DNA of 64,000 nucleotides from an uncultured Nitrospinota bacterium (GTDB lineage Bacteria; Tectomicrobia; Entotheonellia; J063; CAVPRW01): NCBI GenBank assembly GCA_963707985.1, contig CAVPRW010000046.1, positions 1 to 64,000 of the forward strand, read 5' to 3'. Shown piece by piece: positions 21,948 to 34,368 of this stretch (position 1 is its first letter; each line of letters starts with the position of its first letter). The notes under the pieces were generated by a model. It saw only the letters and a program-made list of their open reading frames with translations, ran no database searches and was not told where the DNA came from. The position numbers and the translations under genes were made by a program.

Positions 21948-23378
21948 CAATACCTTCGCCAAAATGGGGATGAGGGAGGGCGGCTGAATATCGTGTAGAA
22001 TAGGGAAAAACCCACCCAACTCTACACCAGGAGCAACCGCCCATGCCTGACATGATGCGTCATTTTAGCGTGTTTAAGCCAGTGTCTGGATACCACCACG
22101 CTGCGCCAACTCAGCCGGGTGACCGAAGCGATGCTGGCGATGACCGGACGCGTGACGATGAGGGGCTTGTCCCGCTGGGCCGGCAAAGGGGGCAGTTACC
22201 GGACGATCCAGCGTTTTTTCATTACCAGCATCAATTGGGCCACGCTCCAATGGGTGCTGATTCGGCACCATCTGTTGGAGCCAGATGATGTGATCTTGAT
22301 CGGTGGCGATGACGTGGTGGTAACGAAAGCGGGCAAGCACACGCATGGATTGGATCGGTTTTTTTCCTCCCTGTATGGGAAAATGGTCCGTGGGCTGGGT
22401 TTTCTGAGTGTATCCCTCATGAGTGTCAAACGCCGCACCTCCTACCCGGTCATGCTGGAACAACTTGACAAGCAGCACCCTGACCACCCTCGAGAGGTGT
22501 CCAAGAAAAAGTCCCAGGGGAAACGGGGCCGACCGAAAGGGAGCAAAAATCAGCATCGGCGAGACGTCACGTTGAGCCCGTATCTCCGTTTCGTCCAAGA
22601 GACCATCAAGCGTTTACTGCAGTTGATCGGCGCTCAATTACAGGTGATGTACTTTGTCTTTGATGGCGCCTTTGGCCATAATGATGCGCTGCAAATGGTC
22701 AGACAACTCGGTTGACATTTGATTTCCAAACTGCGCTATGATGCGGCGCTCTATTTCCCCTATGATGGCCCGTATGCAGGCCGTGGAAAGCGCAAAAAGT
22801 ATGGCAAGAAGCTCGATTATCGGCATATCCCTGAAGCATATTTGAAAGAATCTTCTGTTGAAGAGGCTATCGAGACCAAGATCTACCAGATGCACGTATG
22901 GCATAAGAAGTTTGCAGATTTGCTCAATATTGTGGTGATTGTGAAAACCAATCTGACCACACAAGCGGTTGCTCATGTGGTCTTATTCAGTAGTGACCTG
23001 GACCTTTCCTATGAGCAATTGATTGACTATTATCGTTTGCGTTTCCAGCTGGAGTTCAATTTTCGGGATGCCAAACAATATTGGGGCTTGGAAGATTTCA
23101 TGACCGTCAAGCAAACGCCGGTATACAACAGTGCGAATCTCGCCATGTTCATGGTGAATGTCTCCCACGCCGTGATGCGTCCCATGCGCACGCAGTGGCC
23201 GGAGTTAAGTGTGAACGACCTGAAAGCCTGGTTCCGTAGCCGGAAGTATGTGGTTGAAACGTTAAAATTGCTTCCGGAAATGCCAGATCCGATTTTTATT
23301 GATCAGGCGATTGACCAGATGGCTCAATTAGGGCGGGTTAACCATGCAGTCAACCCCGTCTAATTGGCGAAGGTATTG
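21948..23378 (+). mobile_element. IS4/IS701-superfamily DDE insertion sequence
   Basis: Perfect 15-bp TIR CAATACCTTCGCCAA / TTGGCGAAGGTATTG; no target duplication visible. Confidence 0.88.
22043..23363 (+). pseudogene. DDE transposase with a 5' frameshift and an in-frame TGA (22713)
   Basis: GDDVVVTKAGKHTHGLDRFFSS, VFDGAFG, YRLRFQLEFNFRDAKQYWGLEDF. Confidence 0.85.
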
Positions 23379-24144
23379 CCCAAGAAACGATTATCGCGAG
23401 CAGATTGACCGGACCGATGATCGTTTCAGTACCGTCAATGTGCCTATCAGCTCCATCGCCGTGAGCTCGATGGAAGACGAAAACGGCGTATTCGAGCTGA
23501 ACTTTCATGATGAGCGATACCTGCCGTTCGAGGGCGCCGGCGCCATCAGCAAGTGGCGGCTTGAGTTGCCGGAGCAGTTTCGCCAGTTCGATTACGACAC
23601 GATCACGGATGTCGTCATGCGCCTGCGCTACACGTCGGTGGATGGAGGCGACAAGCTCAAGGCGCCAGCGGCTGGCTCGGTGCAGGATTACATCAAGAGC
23701 GTGGAAGAACTGAGTCGGGAAGAGGGGCTTTTCGCCGTCTTCGATTTGAAAAACGATTTCCCCAACGAGTGGCACAACGCCAACCATCCGCCCGCGGGCG
23801 CAACCGAGCGGGTCTTGATAATCGACAAGCTGAACGAGAAGCTTCCAGTTTTCACCAAAGGGCGCGGCGCAAAAGACATCCAGGTAAAGGAAATCTACTT
23901 ATTTGTGTCTGGAGACCCAACAGCTTCCAATTTTCACCTCTCGGTGTTATCGATTAAGGCCACCCAGGGCGGAAACGACATCACATTCAAGGATGACAAA
24001 AAGATAGGGACAATGCAGTCGCTTGTCGGAGATGGCATGGATTCCGCCATGGACAGTTTGCAGATAAAGCTTGGAGACACGAAGACCGTGATCGACAAGA
24101 TGTGGCTGTTGGAACGGTATGTGTTGCCTGAGAGGCGTCGGTGA
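23379..24144 (+). pseudogene. Tc toxin A-subunit C-terminal fragment (TcB-binding domain), 5'-truncated at the IS
   Basis: GVFELNFHDERYLPFEGAGAISKWRLELPEQFRQFDYDTITDVVMRLRYTS. Confidence 0.88.
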
Positions 24145-24249
24145 AGGAGGTTTCAACTGAATGAGAATATCTGCGGAATGGGCTTGGAGGGTAGTGTTAT
24201 ACATGTAATGCTCTGGTCCCGAACCCCTGGTATGGTTGGCGAGAACCAC

Positions 24250-25006
24250 CAACCATACCAGGGCTGCCAGCCAATGCCTGGCGGTGCAGGGCGTGCCAGC
24301 GTAGTAGCCGACGATCTTTTCGGTATACCAATCCAGCATGACCACGATATAGACCCACCCGAAGTCCTCCACCAGGATCTTGGTCATGTCGATGCCCCAC
24401 CATTCGTTGGGCTTGGTGGGTCTGGGTTTGCGTCCTGTCGGCGTGCGTTTGGCCCTGAGCGTCACATGGGGCTTGACCAACAAGTGATGCTCCCGCATCA
24501 GGCGCAGCACCCGATTCTCATTGACTGCGCGCTCCTCGACAAAACGCAGGTCGGCCCAGATACTGCGATAGCCCCAGAACGGATGCTCAGCTTTAAGTTC
24601 CTGAATCCGTTGGAGCAGGCTTTCATTGCGCCGGACGACCAGCGGCGACTTGTGTCGGTTCATCCCAGCCACTCGTGGCTTTTTTTAACTCCCAGGTGAA
24701 CTCTCCGACAAGGGTCTTTAGCCGGGTATTCTCCCGCACCAAGCGGGCGTCTTTCTGGGCGTCCTGATGGACCTCAAAGGCCTTCGAAGAATTCGCCAGA
24801 AATTGGTCGCGCCACTGATGATACTGGCTCTGGTTGATCTAGTGCTCATTACAGAGTTCCACTACGGACTTGCCCTCCAGGCCTTCAAGCACGATCCTGG
24901 CTTTAGCTTTGGCGTCCCATCTGCGTCTTTTCATGGCTGACCTCCCTAGATGTCAGCCACGGTGTACTCTGTTCCAGTGACCCTTGTCTTAATGGGGAGC
25001 AGTATA
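24250..25006 (-). mobile_element. IS3-family remnant (orfA 24697-24934 with an internal stop; truncated orfB)
   Basis: MKRRRWDAKAKARIVLEGL; HPFWGYR, PNEWWGIDMTKI, LDWYT.KIVG. Confidence 0.82.
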
Positions 25007-25351
25007 GGATTTCAGCCTTACGGCAGAGTTGGATGTGCCCCGTGACGCTTCGAGGGCCTCACGACCGACTGCGACCAGCGCCGGCTGTGGCAAAGGTAGG
25101 GCCACAGCCGATGCGATGATCGATGCAGGTAGGGAAAGAGGATTGCAGCGCCCTGGCCCCCCATGGGTGTGGGTACAGGCTATGATCGCGCTGGGGCTCT
25201 CACGAGTTGTGTCAGCTGCCCGGTAATCACCTCATGCACTTCTCGTACAATGCGGCTGCTCAGGTCCCCAGCCGGCTCAATGAGGTTGATTGAGCCGGCA
25301 TCCTGGCCAAAGAGCGGTGTCGTGCGTCAACAGAGCATGCACCACTAGACG

Positions 25352-26540
25352 TTAATCTGCGTGCACTGGCTCGTCGGCTGTCGCCTTGAAGGCGGGCAAT
25401 CACCTCGGCGGCAAAGCGCTCGAGTTGTTCCACGACCAACGTCTTCGGGATACCGACGGTCAGGCTCACCATCACCCGCTCAAGACCCGGATAGCGCTCT
25501 TCCAGCTTCTTGAGGTGCTCGATAAAGTCGTCAGGCGAGCCGCAGAGCACGCCACCACTATTGATCGCGCCTTCGATCCTCGGGAGATCGGCGAATGGTG
25601 CCTTTTTCGGGTCCGCCATCTCCTCGATCTGCTGGTCCGATAACGCACGCACCAGTCGCAGCGGCCCGAACATTTTCAGATTTTCTTCGTAATACTTGCC
25701 CGCCTCGCGAATGCCCTGTTCACGGCTGTCCGCCAGGTAGAAATGGAATCCGAAACAGAGGCCCTCACCCAACTGCAGCTGACGTCCGACCCGGGCATGA
25801 GCCTCTTGCCAGGCCAGGACCACTCGGTGCATCGCTCCACCTTCGGCCGAGCCACCGCCGACCACGCCCTTAATGCCCATTTTGGCCATGAAGTCGAGGG
25901 CCTGCTGGGAGCCGCCCTGAATCGGTTGCCAACATTCGACGGGACGCCGCAGCGGGCGCGGCACCAGCGTCAGGTTCTGCAGCTCGTAGCCACGATACGG
26001 TACCTTTGGGGGTAACGTATAGTGTTTCCCTTGATGCGAGAAAGACTCCTCATTGAAGGCCTTAAAGATGATCTCGACTTGCTCTTCAAACAACGCGCGG
26101 TTGGCCGGTTGGTCGAGGAGGGGAGACCCAAAGGTCTCAACCTCGCGGGTATGGTAGCCACGCCCGACGCCGAAGGTCACCCGTCCGCCGGTGAGGATAT
26201 CTGCCGTGGCGAAGTCTTCAGCCAGGCGTAGCGGGTGCCACATGGGCGTGACGTTGAAACCACACCCGATGCGGATGCGTTCCGTCACGCGCGCCAGGTG
26301 CACGGCCATCATGAGGACATTGGGGATGCATTCGTACCCTTCATGTTGAAAGTGATGTTCCGCCATCCAGAACGTATCGTAGCTCAGGCGGTCCATCGTT
26401 TTCGCCATGGCCTCCGCCTTATCGAAGACGGTGACCAAATGCTCATTGGAAAAGCGACGATCGTTCACGGCCGTGCCGGCATATCCAACATTGTCCATGT
26501 CGACATGACCAGCAAATAGACTATCGAATTTGGTAATCAT
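25352..26540 (-). CDS. LLM-class flavin-dependent oxidoreductase (3' frameshift)
   Basis: FWMAEHHFQHEGYE, WHPLRLAEDFATADILTGGRV.FGVGRGY. Confidence 0.92.
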
Positions 26541-26852
26541 TCTGCGTCTCCTCATGAGAGTTACCACTTAGATGAGGCCCCATTGTATCGGAAAACCCTC
26601 GTTTGTCAAACGAGGACTTCAGCAGCGTCCATCGACATCTTGCCCTGGGTGCGACGAACCGTTTGCTTGCCCTGGCCCCACAGGGAGAGAGCCGAGGCGC
26701 CTTGATGTGTTCCAGGGGCAGTGCTGTCGCTTCGTTGACGGCCGACAAATGGCATTTGAAAGGGCGACGCTGCTGCACTATCATGGAGCGGGAACGGTAC
26801 ACGTGTCACATCGCCATGTTACCCCTGACTGATGAGATAGCCTGGAGTGCTC

Positions 26853-27482
26853 ATGCTCGACTGGCCTGAATATGGCAAGCTTCTGGTGGCGTTGTGGGCA
26901 CTGGTTCATCCGGTAGGGGCGATCCCGATTTTCCTGAGCTTAACGGAGCACTACCCTACTGAGCGCCATCATATCGGTCTTGTGGCTGCCACCGCGGTAG
27001 GGGCGATTCTGATCGCCTGTGTATTTGTGGGCCAGGCGTTACTGCTGGCGTTCGGTATTCATATTCCCTCCTTCCGGATTGCCGGAGGCCTACTGATCCT
27101 GCTCGTGGCGCTCGCCATGATGCATACGCCCGGTCATGGAACACAGGAGATGCCGGAGGACACGCAGGGCTCTCCGACCAACAACTCCATAGCGGTAGTC
27201 CCGCTCGCGATCTCAATTTTGGCAGGGCCAGGTGCGATCAGCACTGTCATCGTCTATGCGCATCAGAGCGTTTCGCTGAGCCATCATTTGCTCATCTGCG
27301 CCATTATTGTTGTCGTGGCGGCGAGCACCTTCGTGGTGCTCAGGCTCGCGCTCGTCATTGCGTCGCTGATCGGGCCTACGGGGATGCAAGTGTTCACGCA
27401 AATCGTGGGACTGCTGATCGCGGCGATTGCGGTGGAATTTATGACGCAAGGGCTGGCTGCGATCTTCCCAGGCTGGCGATAA
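26853..27482 (+). CDS. MarC-family membrane protein
   Basis: P.GAIPIF, SFRIAGGL, VVPLAI..LAGPGAI. Confidence 0.92.
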   Translation: MLDWPEYGKLLVALWALVHPVGAIPIFLSLTEHYPTERHHIGLVAATAVGAILIACVFVGQALLLAFGIHIPSFRIAGGLLILLVALAMMHTPGHGTQEMPEDTQGSPTNNSIAVVPLAISILAGPGAISTVIVYAHQSVSLSHHLLICAIIVVVAASTFVVLRLALVIASLIGPTGMQVFTQIVGLLIAAIAVEFMTQGLAAIFPGWR

Positions 27483-27560
27483 TTGTCGCAGTCGGCTCTT
27501 GAGGTTTGCAAAAGGCGTTGGGCGCGGTGCCGTCTGTGCACAGGCATGGAGTCTGTCAGA

Positions 27561-29192
27561 TCATGGTCGTGGAGTGGGAGAGGACTCGACACGGACGAAC
27601 AGGCCTTGGTCCACGTCGGCGAACAGGTCCAGCGTCAGACTTCCTGGCTGCCCTTGAGGGCCAACGGCAAATCTCGCCAATCCGGATGCACCGAGATAGG
27701 CGTCGTTCTCGGGCCAAGACACCAGGAAGGTATCGCGGTTCCAGTGCTGCAGCGCCATTTGCACTCGTCGTGGTCCCACTGTCAGTGAGAGGCTGTCGCC
27801 AGCGGTCTCGATGACGAGATCGCCATACACCCGGTGATGAAAGGTGCCCGTATAATCCTGGAGCGGTAAGGCCGCTGCGGGAGTCGTCGGCCGCTCGCCG
27901 AGGGCGGTGCGGGCCGCAGTCTGCTGGGCCTGTTGCACCGATTGGAGCACCTGGCTCCAATCGGTGGGTGGGTTGCTGAAGTATAGATCGTTGAGATACC
28001 ACAGCAAGGCCTCCGGCAGTTGCGTCCCGCCGAGGTTCGTGAGCACGACCAATCCCAGCTGCGCCGCGGGAATGAAACCGACGACGGCATGAACGCCGCC
28101 GGTGTCCCCATTATGCCAGATCACCGGATACGGGTGTGCGGCGCTGTAGACCCAACCCTCGCAATAAAGCGCCTGTGTGCTTCCAAGCGTGGTGTGGGCC
28201 AGCGGATTCTGGGGCTGGGGCTCGATTGGGGTCTTCGGAGAGTGCACCACCTGCATGTTGGCCTCGCTGATCAGCCGTGTGCCTTGCCACATCCCCTGAC
28301 CGAGATGCAGCCTGAGCCACTTTGCCATGTCAATCACGGTAGAATTCACCCCACCGGCCGGGCCATAGGTGTATGCCCACCCCAGAGACGGCGCATCCAT
28401 CGGGATGGCGGTGACTCGCCCATCCAACATCGTGTGGCTGAAGGCTGCATTTGCTGCCGATCGGTACGCCTCATGGCCAGTGGAGCTCTCGGTCATGCCG
28501 AGGGGGGCAAACAGGCGCCGCTGCACGGCTTCTTCCCAGGTCATGCCGCTATGTCGTCTGATGACCTCCGCTGCCACCAGGAACAGGTTATTGACGTAGC
28601 CGAAGCGCGAGCGAAAGCTGCTGACAGGCTGCATGTGCCTGATCTGAGCTTGAATGTAGGGCGCGTCAAAGCCGATCACGGCCAGCAGGTCCCCCGCATA
28701 GGGCGACATGCCGCTGCGCTGTGCCATCAAGTCTTCGATCATGAAGGCACGGGTGACCCAGGGGTCGTACATCTCGAAGGTCGGCACATGATCGATCACC
28801 GGGTCCTCCCAGCGCAGCTTCCCCGCATCCGCCAGCAATGCCACAAGGGCGGAGGTGAAGGCCTTCGAAGTAGAGCCGATCGGAAAAACGGTGTGAGGAT
28901 CAATGGGGTCGGCGCCACCTACTTTCTTCACACCGAAGCCTTTCGTATAGACTACCTGGTCCCGGTGGACCACCGCGATGGCCATTCCCGGGGTCCCCCA
29001 CGTGGTCCGGGCACGTTCCGCATAGTCCTCGAAGGCGGATAATACCGCGTCGAGCGGCGCGCCATCTGTCCCTCGAGAGGTAGGGGGTGTGATCGGTGCA
29101 GGAGCTGGAGTCGGCTCCGCGGCTTGTGCCAGGACTGGTAGCAGGGCCATTGACGTCCAGACGAGGTGCACCAAGAGCCAGCGGTATGCCAT
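27561..29192 (-). CDS. Secreted serine hydrolase (beta-lactamase class C-like) with a DUF3471-like C-terminus
   Basis: Signal peptide, F.IGSTSKAF (SxxK), Y.N, WHNGDTGG, YTGTF.H..YG. Confidence 0.9.
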   Translation of the reverse strand: MAYRWLLVHLVWTSMALLPVLAQAAEPTPAPAPITPPTSRGTDGAPLDAVLSAFEDYAERARTTWGTPGMAIAVVHRDQVVYTKGFGVKKVGGADPIDPHTVFPIGSTSKAFTSALVALLADAGKLRWEDPVIDHVPTFEMYDPWVTRAFMIEDLMAQRSGMSPYAGDLLAVIGFDAPYIQAQIRHMQPVSSFRSRFGYVNNLFLVAAEVIRRHSGMTWEEAVQRRLFAPLGMTESSTGHEAYRSAANAAFSHTMLDGRVTAIPMDAPSLGWAYTYGPAGGVNSTVIDMAKWLRLHLGQGMWQGTRLISEANMQVVHSPKTPIEPQPQNPLAHTTLGSTQALYCEGWVYSAAHPYPVIWHNGDTGGVHAVVGFIPAAQLGLVVLTNLGGTQLPEALLWYLNDLYFSNPPTDWSQVLQSVQQAQQTAARTALGERPTTPAAALPLQDYTGTFHHRVYGDLVIETAGDSLSLTVGPRRVQMALQHWNRDTFLVSWPENDAYLGASGLARFAVGPQGQPGSLTLDLFADVDQGLFVRVESSPTPRP

Positions 29193-29334
29193 GACGACCT
29201 CCTGATTCCAGATTGACGACAGGGTGTACGCCTCTGCAGAAAGCGCACTATAACGCGTTAACTTCGGTTGATGCCGTCATACTCCATGGGGCATGAAAGA
29301 CCACCTCCGCGCAGCCCGCGATTGCGGCCTAAAT

Positions 29335-29780
29335 CTATAGGGCAAGTCTCTCATCCCACGCTGTTTTCGCTCCCTCGATATGCAGCCAAGCAGCCCGTAA
29401 ACGGTCGATGTCGGTTAGGAACACCACGATCAGCACGAAATTGGCCGTGAACCAAATTTGCATGAACAGTCCCGGTGCCACATGGAAGGCTCCTTTAACT
29501 AGGATCCATACATAGCAGAAGCGTCTGTAAAACAAGCCCAGCGGTGACAGTAGCTCAAAGATGGTAACGATCGGGAAACCCATCTGGAGCATCAGTACCA
29601 GCCACGGGTGCTCTAACACCAAGTAGCGATAACCTATGCCAGATGGACGAGGCTCGAAGGACGGCAGGGCGATCATGTGGATGATAGCCCCATTGCCAAA
29701 ATCTCAAGCCCACCTTCCGCTATCCGTCGAGCTCCGACAAATGTGTATGCGAAAGCCAAAAGCAGCCCGATCGCCATCAT
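29335..29780 (-). pseudogene. Membrane protein fragment (HTTM-like)
   Basis: Hydrophobic FELLSPLGLF...FHV...FM segment; broken frames. Confidence 0.4.
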
Positions 29781-30199
29781 GGGTGCCTGAAACAGGATTG
29801 GGTGCTGGTCATCCATGTCGAAAGGTATGAAAGACCTCATACGCTCGCTGCGTGGCGATCCATCGACGCATGGAGACGACGCTGGTGAGCCCGTACAGCT
29901 TGGAATGCAAGCGCGCTCGAGATAGTTCATTGGTCCGTGCTGCAAGCGAGCCCGGCTCTGAGAGGCGTCCGGCAACGTTGCTTGGCAAACAACAGCGCAC
30001 TGAGATAACGATGCGTTTGGCGCGCATCTTTTCACGGAGACGAGCGCGCGATGACGTCACAGACAGACCATCGCTCGAAGGATATCCTTCGGAATTTGAC
30101 GTGACGAGCAATCGGGCATCGTGGAACGGCTGATCCCGATCTCCCATGTCGAGGCGACGATGACGGCGCACGCGGCAGCATACAGGTGTGCACGAAGTT

Positions 30200-30755
30200 T
30201 GCCGGAACGCTTGATGAAAAATCGGCCCGTCTTTGTTGATGCAGATAAAGCCACACAGTTGGCAGCGGACCCAGTTGACCGAGCCGTGGAGCTTGAAGAT
30301 CCGCACCGTCGGCTTGTCCGGCGGGTTGTGGATCGACCCTGTCATGGGGTCCCGCCAGCTGAATCCGAAATCCACCGCCTCATGGATGGGCCTCGTCAGG
30401 AGCGGATAGACCTTGCGCTCCAGGACCATGTCGTAATTCGTCGAAATGACCGTGATCGGGTCGTCGGACTCCCCTTACGTGCGAATCCACTCGGCCAACT
30501 TCACCAAGAGAGGCTCATTCTTCTGCGCGAGTGTCTGATCGGCAGGTTCGTGGAGGACGTGCAGGATGGCTCGTTCCAGCAATGCGCGAAGCTCCTCCAG
30601 CGCCGTGGTCTGGAAGCGAGGTGAGGGGACATCACCGGCACTCAGCAGGTGATCGATCAACGACAGGACGTCAGTGATCAAGGGCAGGTCCTGTCCACTC
30701 GTGGTGATCCCTGGGAGGAGAATCGTCAAACGTTCGTCGAGGAGAGCCATGAGTT
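30200..30755 (-). pseudogene. SIR2-like protein fragment
   Basis: ITVISTNYD, DFGFSWRD, IFKLHGSVNW..C..C across frameshifted ORFs. Confidence 0.7.
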
Positions 30756-30794
30756 GCACTGCCTTCTGGGAAGCCAGAGCGGCTGGGAAGACTG

Positions 30795-31040
30795 CGACGT
30801 GCTCCCGCCAGCGGCTCGAACATCATGAACAGATTCCCCGTGCCATGGCGTTCGTACTCATCGTCGATGCGCTCCGGGCGTCCGGCTGCCGCCGGGAGCG
30901 GCGTGCGGACCTCCTGTACCAATGGCTTGATCCCTTCATCAAATCAGACCAGCGGTTGCTGCGCGTCATACGGTCGCTGAGACACCTTCAGGGTGTCTTC
31001 TATCGCACAGACGAACGCGACGTTCGCCTCCGGCGGAATG
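30795..31040 (-). mobile_element. IS630-family transposase remnant
   Basis: P...GRPERIDDEYERHGTGNLFMMFEPLAG. Confidence 0.75.
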
Positions 31041-31074
31041 ACGGGAGCGCATTAGGAGCACGGGGGCATACGTC

Positions 31075-34000
31075 TCATGCCGTCGCTCTTGGAACAATTG
31101 CCGGGATGGCTGACGTGCGAATCAGTTCGTTAAACGTCGCCACGTCCGCTTCGATGACCTCCTGTAACTGGCTGAGCTGCTGGTCGATGCGTGTCGAAAG
31201 GTCATGAAAGACCTCATACGCCTGCTGCGTCGGCGCACCATCGCCGCTGGCAACAACGCTGGTAAGCCCGGACAGCTTGGCGTTTAAGCGCGTCGGGAAG
31301 TTCAATTGGTCCTGCTGCACGCGGGCCTGGCTCTGAATCAGCTCGGCCTCGATGGCCGTCAACTTTTCTGTAATCCCGGCCGCCGCCTGAGCGACCGCCG
31401 CTGCTGCTGTCTGCGCCGTTGGATACCGCGTCGGCACGGCGTACCCAGTCCTCCACCTGCTGACGGATGCTGCGCAGTTGGTTGATGGCATCGTGGGTCT
31501 CCGAGAGCTTGTCACGAATGCGTAGGAGCAGGCTGAACTGAGCCTCGAAATCGGCCGGCGTGGCGCTCACGCGCGGGTCCTTGCGTAACTCGAACGCGGC
31601 CGTGTGGGTCTGCCCACCGACGCTGAGCTGCACCTGGTAGGTGCCTGGTGGTGCCAGCGGTCCGGTGAGGCTCCGCTCGGTCGTCACATCGCCGGGAACG
31701 CCGCGTGCGTCGGGGTAGCGCAGGTTCCAGACAAAGCGGTTCAGCCCAGCCTCGGCCGGCAGCCGCGGGTCTTTTGCGTTGGCCGTGGCGGGCTGGTTGA
31801 TCGGCCGCCACACTGGAAAATCGCTTGATCAGCTGCCCCTGGGCATCCAGAATACTCAAGCGTCACTTCGCCCTCTGGCTTCTGCCTCAGGTAGTAGGTC
31901 ACGATGGCGCCGTCAGGCGGATTTTTCCCGGCGTCGAGGAAGGTCCGCACCGTCTGGCCTGTCGGCAACGGCGTCTCGGAGTAGGTCGCTGGCGCCCCCT
32001 GGGCCACCATGTAACTCTTCCCAGGGACTGGTTGGCGGGCATAGCCCATCGGCGGCACCAACCGGAACGTGGGGCCTGGCGGGAACAGATGCGCTGGGGC
32101 GCTCAACACCTGATCGGTGAGCTGATGCAAGGGCGTCAGATCATCCAGAATCCAGAACGACCGGCCATGGGTTGCGGCCACCAGCTCATGTTCCTTGATG
32201 ACCAGGTCGTAGACCGGCACCGCTGGTAGGTTCAGACGCAGTGACTGCCACGAGGCGCCGTCGTCGAAGGAGACATAGATCCCCGTCTCCGTACCGGCAT
32301 AGAGCAGGCCACGCCGTGCTGGGTCTTCGCGAATCACCCGCGTAAAATCATGCGCAGGAATGCCGGCGGTGATGCGCTGCCAGGTTTGCCCATAATCATG
32401 AGTTTTGTAGAGATAGGGCTGCACATCGTCGAGCTTGTAGCGCGTTGCCGCCACATAAGCGGTGGCGGGATCGTGCGGCGACACCTCGATCATACTGATG
32501 AGCGCCCATTCGGGCAGCTCCTTTGGCGTTACGTTGTCCCAGGTCTCGCCGTCGTTCCGAGACAGATGGATCAGACCGTCGTCCGAGCCCACCCAGAAGA
32601 CTCCAGGCTGGTGCGGCGACTCGGCGAAGGCGAAGATGGTGCAATAGTGCTCGGCCCCTGTCGTATCTTTGTTGATCGGGCCGCCGGAGGGCTCCAGCTT
32701 GCTGACATCCTGGCGGGTCAGATCGGGACTGATCGCTTTCCAGCTCATGCCCTCATCGGCCGAGCGAAACAGCACGTTGCCTGCCGCATACAGGATATTC
32801 GGGTCGTGCGGTGAGAGAACGATGGGATACGTCCACTGAAAGCGATACTTCAGGTCTTTGGCACCCCAGCCACCGTAAATCTCGGGCCACACCGTAATGA
32901 TGCGCACCTGTTCGGTGGCATGGTCGTAGCGCAGCATGACGCCACCGCCGCCGGGGGCGCTGCCGATGGCACCGGAATAGACGAGGTTGGGATTATCGGG
33001 GCGCACGGCAATATAGCCACTCTCCGAACTGCCGACGGGATAGCACTGACTCGACAAGATGGCGCCCTTTTCCGAGCGGCTGGGGACGCAGATGGCGGTG
33101 TTATCCTGCTGTGTGCCATAGACTCGGTAAGGGAAACGCGTATCGGTGGCCACATGATAGAATTGCGCGGTGGGCTGATTATAGATCGTCGACCATGACG
33201 CGCCGCCGTTGAACGACACGCAGGCGCCGCCATCGTTGCCCTCGATCATACGCTGGGGATGGCGTGGGTCGATCCACAAATCATGGTTGTCGCCGTGCGG
33301 TGTCGTCATCTGTGCGAAGGTGCGCCCACCGTCAACGGATTTCCAGGCCTGGATGTTGAGGACATAGACCGTGTCCGGATCTTGTGGGTCGGCGAACACA
33401 TGGCCATAGTACCAAAAACGCAGGCGCAGGTTGCGTTCCTCACTGAGCCGCTGCCAGGTGGCACCGCCGTCGTCGGAACGGAAGAGAGCCCCATCCTCCG
33501 CTTCAACCAAAGCCCAGACGCGACCCGGCCTGGCCGGTGACACGGCGACGCCGATGCGTCCCTTGAGCCCCGCGGGCAGCCCAGGGTTGTTGGTCAGCTC
33601 CGTCCAGGTCTCGCCGCCGTCGGTGGATTGATACAGACTGCTATCGGGACCGCCGGAGGTGAGACTCCAGGGCGTGCGTTGGGCCTCCCAGATGGCGGCA
33701 TACAGGATGCGGGGATTATGCGGGTCCAGCGACAGGTCGATGGCACCGGCCTTGTCGCTGCGAAACAGGATATGGTCCCAGGTTTTGCCCCCGTCCGCCG
33801 AACGGAACACCCCACGCTGATTGTTAGGTCCATAGGCATGGCCCAGGGCCGCCACATAGACCACATCGGGGTTCGTAGGATGAATGCGCACGCGGGCGAT
33901 ATGGCGCGTGTCGGCCAGTCCCAGATGCATCCAGGTTTTCCCCGCATCGGTCGACCTATAGACGCCATCACCGTGGGAGACGTCGCCCCGAATGCAACAT

Positions 34001-34308
34001 TCGCCCATGCCAACATAGATGACGTTGGGGTCGGAATCGGCGACAGCGATGGCGCCGACTGCCGCGGTTGGCAGGTAAGCGTCGGAAATATTCTCCCAGT
34101 AGGTACCGGCGTCGGTGGTTTTCCAGATACCCCCGGCACAGGCGCCAAAGTAGAATACCGCGGCATTGACCGGATCACCGGCCACGGCCACGACGCGCCC
34201 ACCGCGATAGGGACCGATACAGCGCCACTCGAGGGCGTGCAGGAGTGGCGGAGGGGGCGTTGACTGGGCTGGGGCGGGTACCGCAGTGGTGGTCTGCTGC
34301 TGTGGCAT
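31075..34308 (-). CDS. BNR/VPS10-like beta-propeller glycosyl hydrolase, frameshifted near the 3' end
   Basis: WRCIGPYRGGRV, repeated S.DGG.TW Asp-boxes, ATHGRSFWILD; continues in ORFs 31214-31813 and 31075-31515. Confidence 0.9.
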
Positions 34309-34368
34309 CGTGAACCTCCCCGTCTAGCGGGTGTACGCTGCGATGTGGTCGCCTTGCAGGGGGAAAGT

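Noticed and set aside
22713..22715. In-frame TGA as selenocysteine or read-through
   Set aside because: The context is a transposase position likely to be Leu (G-L-H-L); it fits a TTA>TGA nonsense change, and no SECIS is evident.
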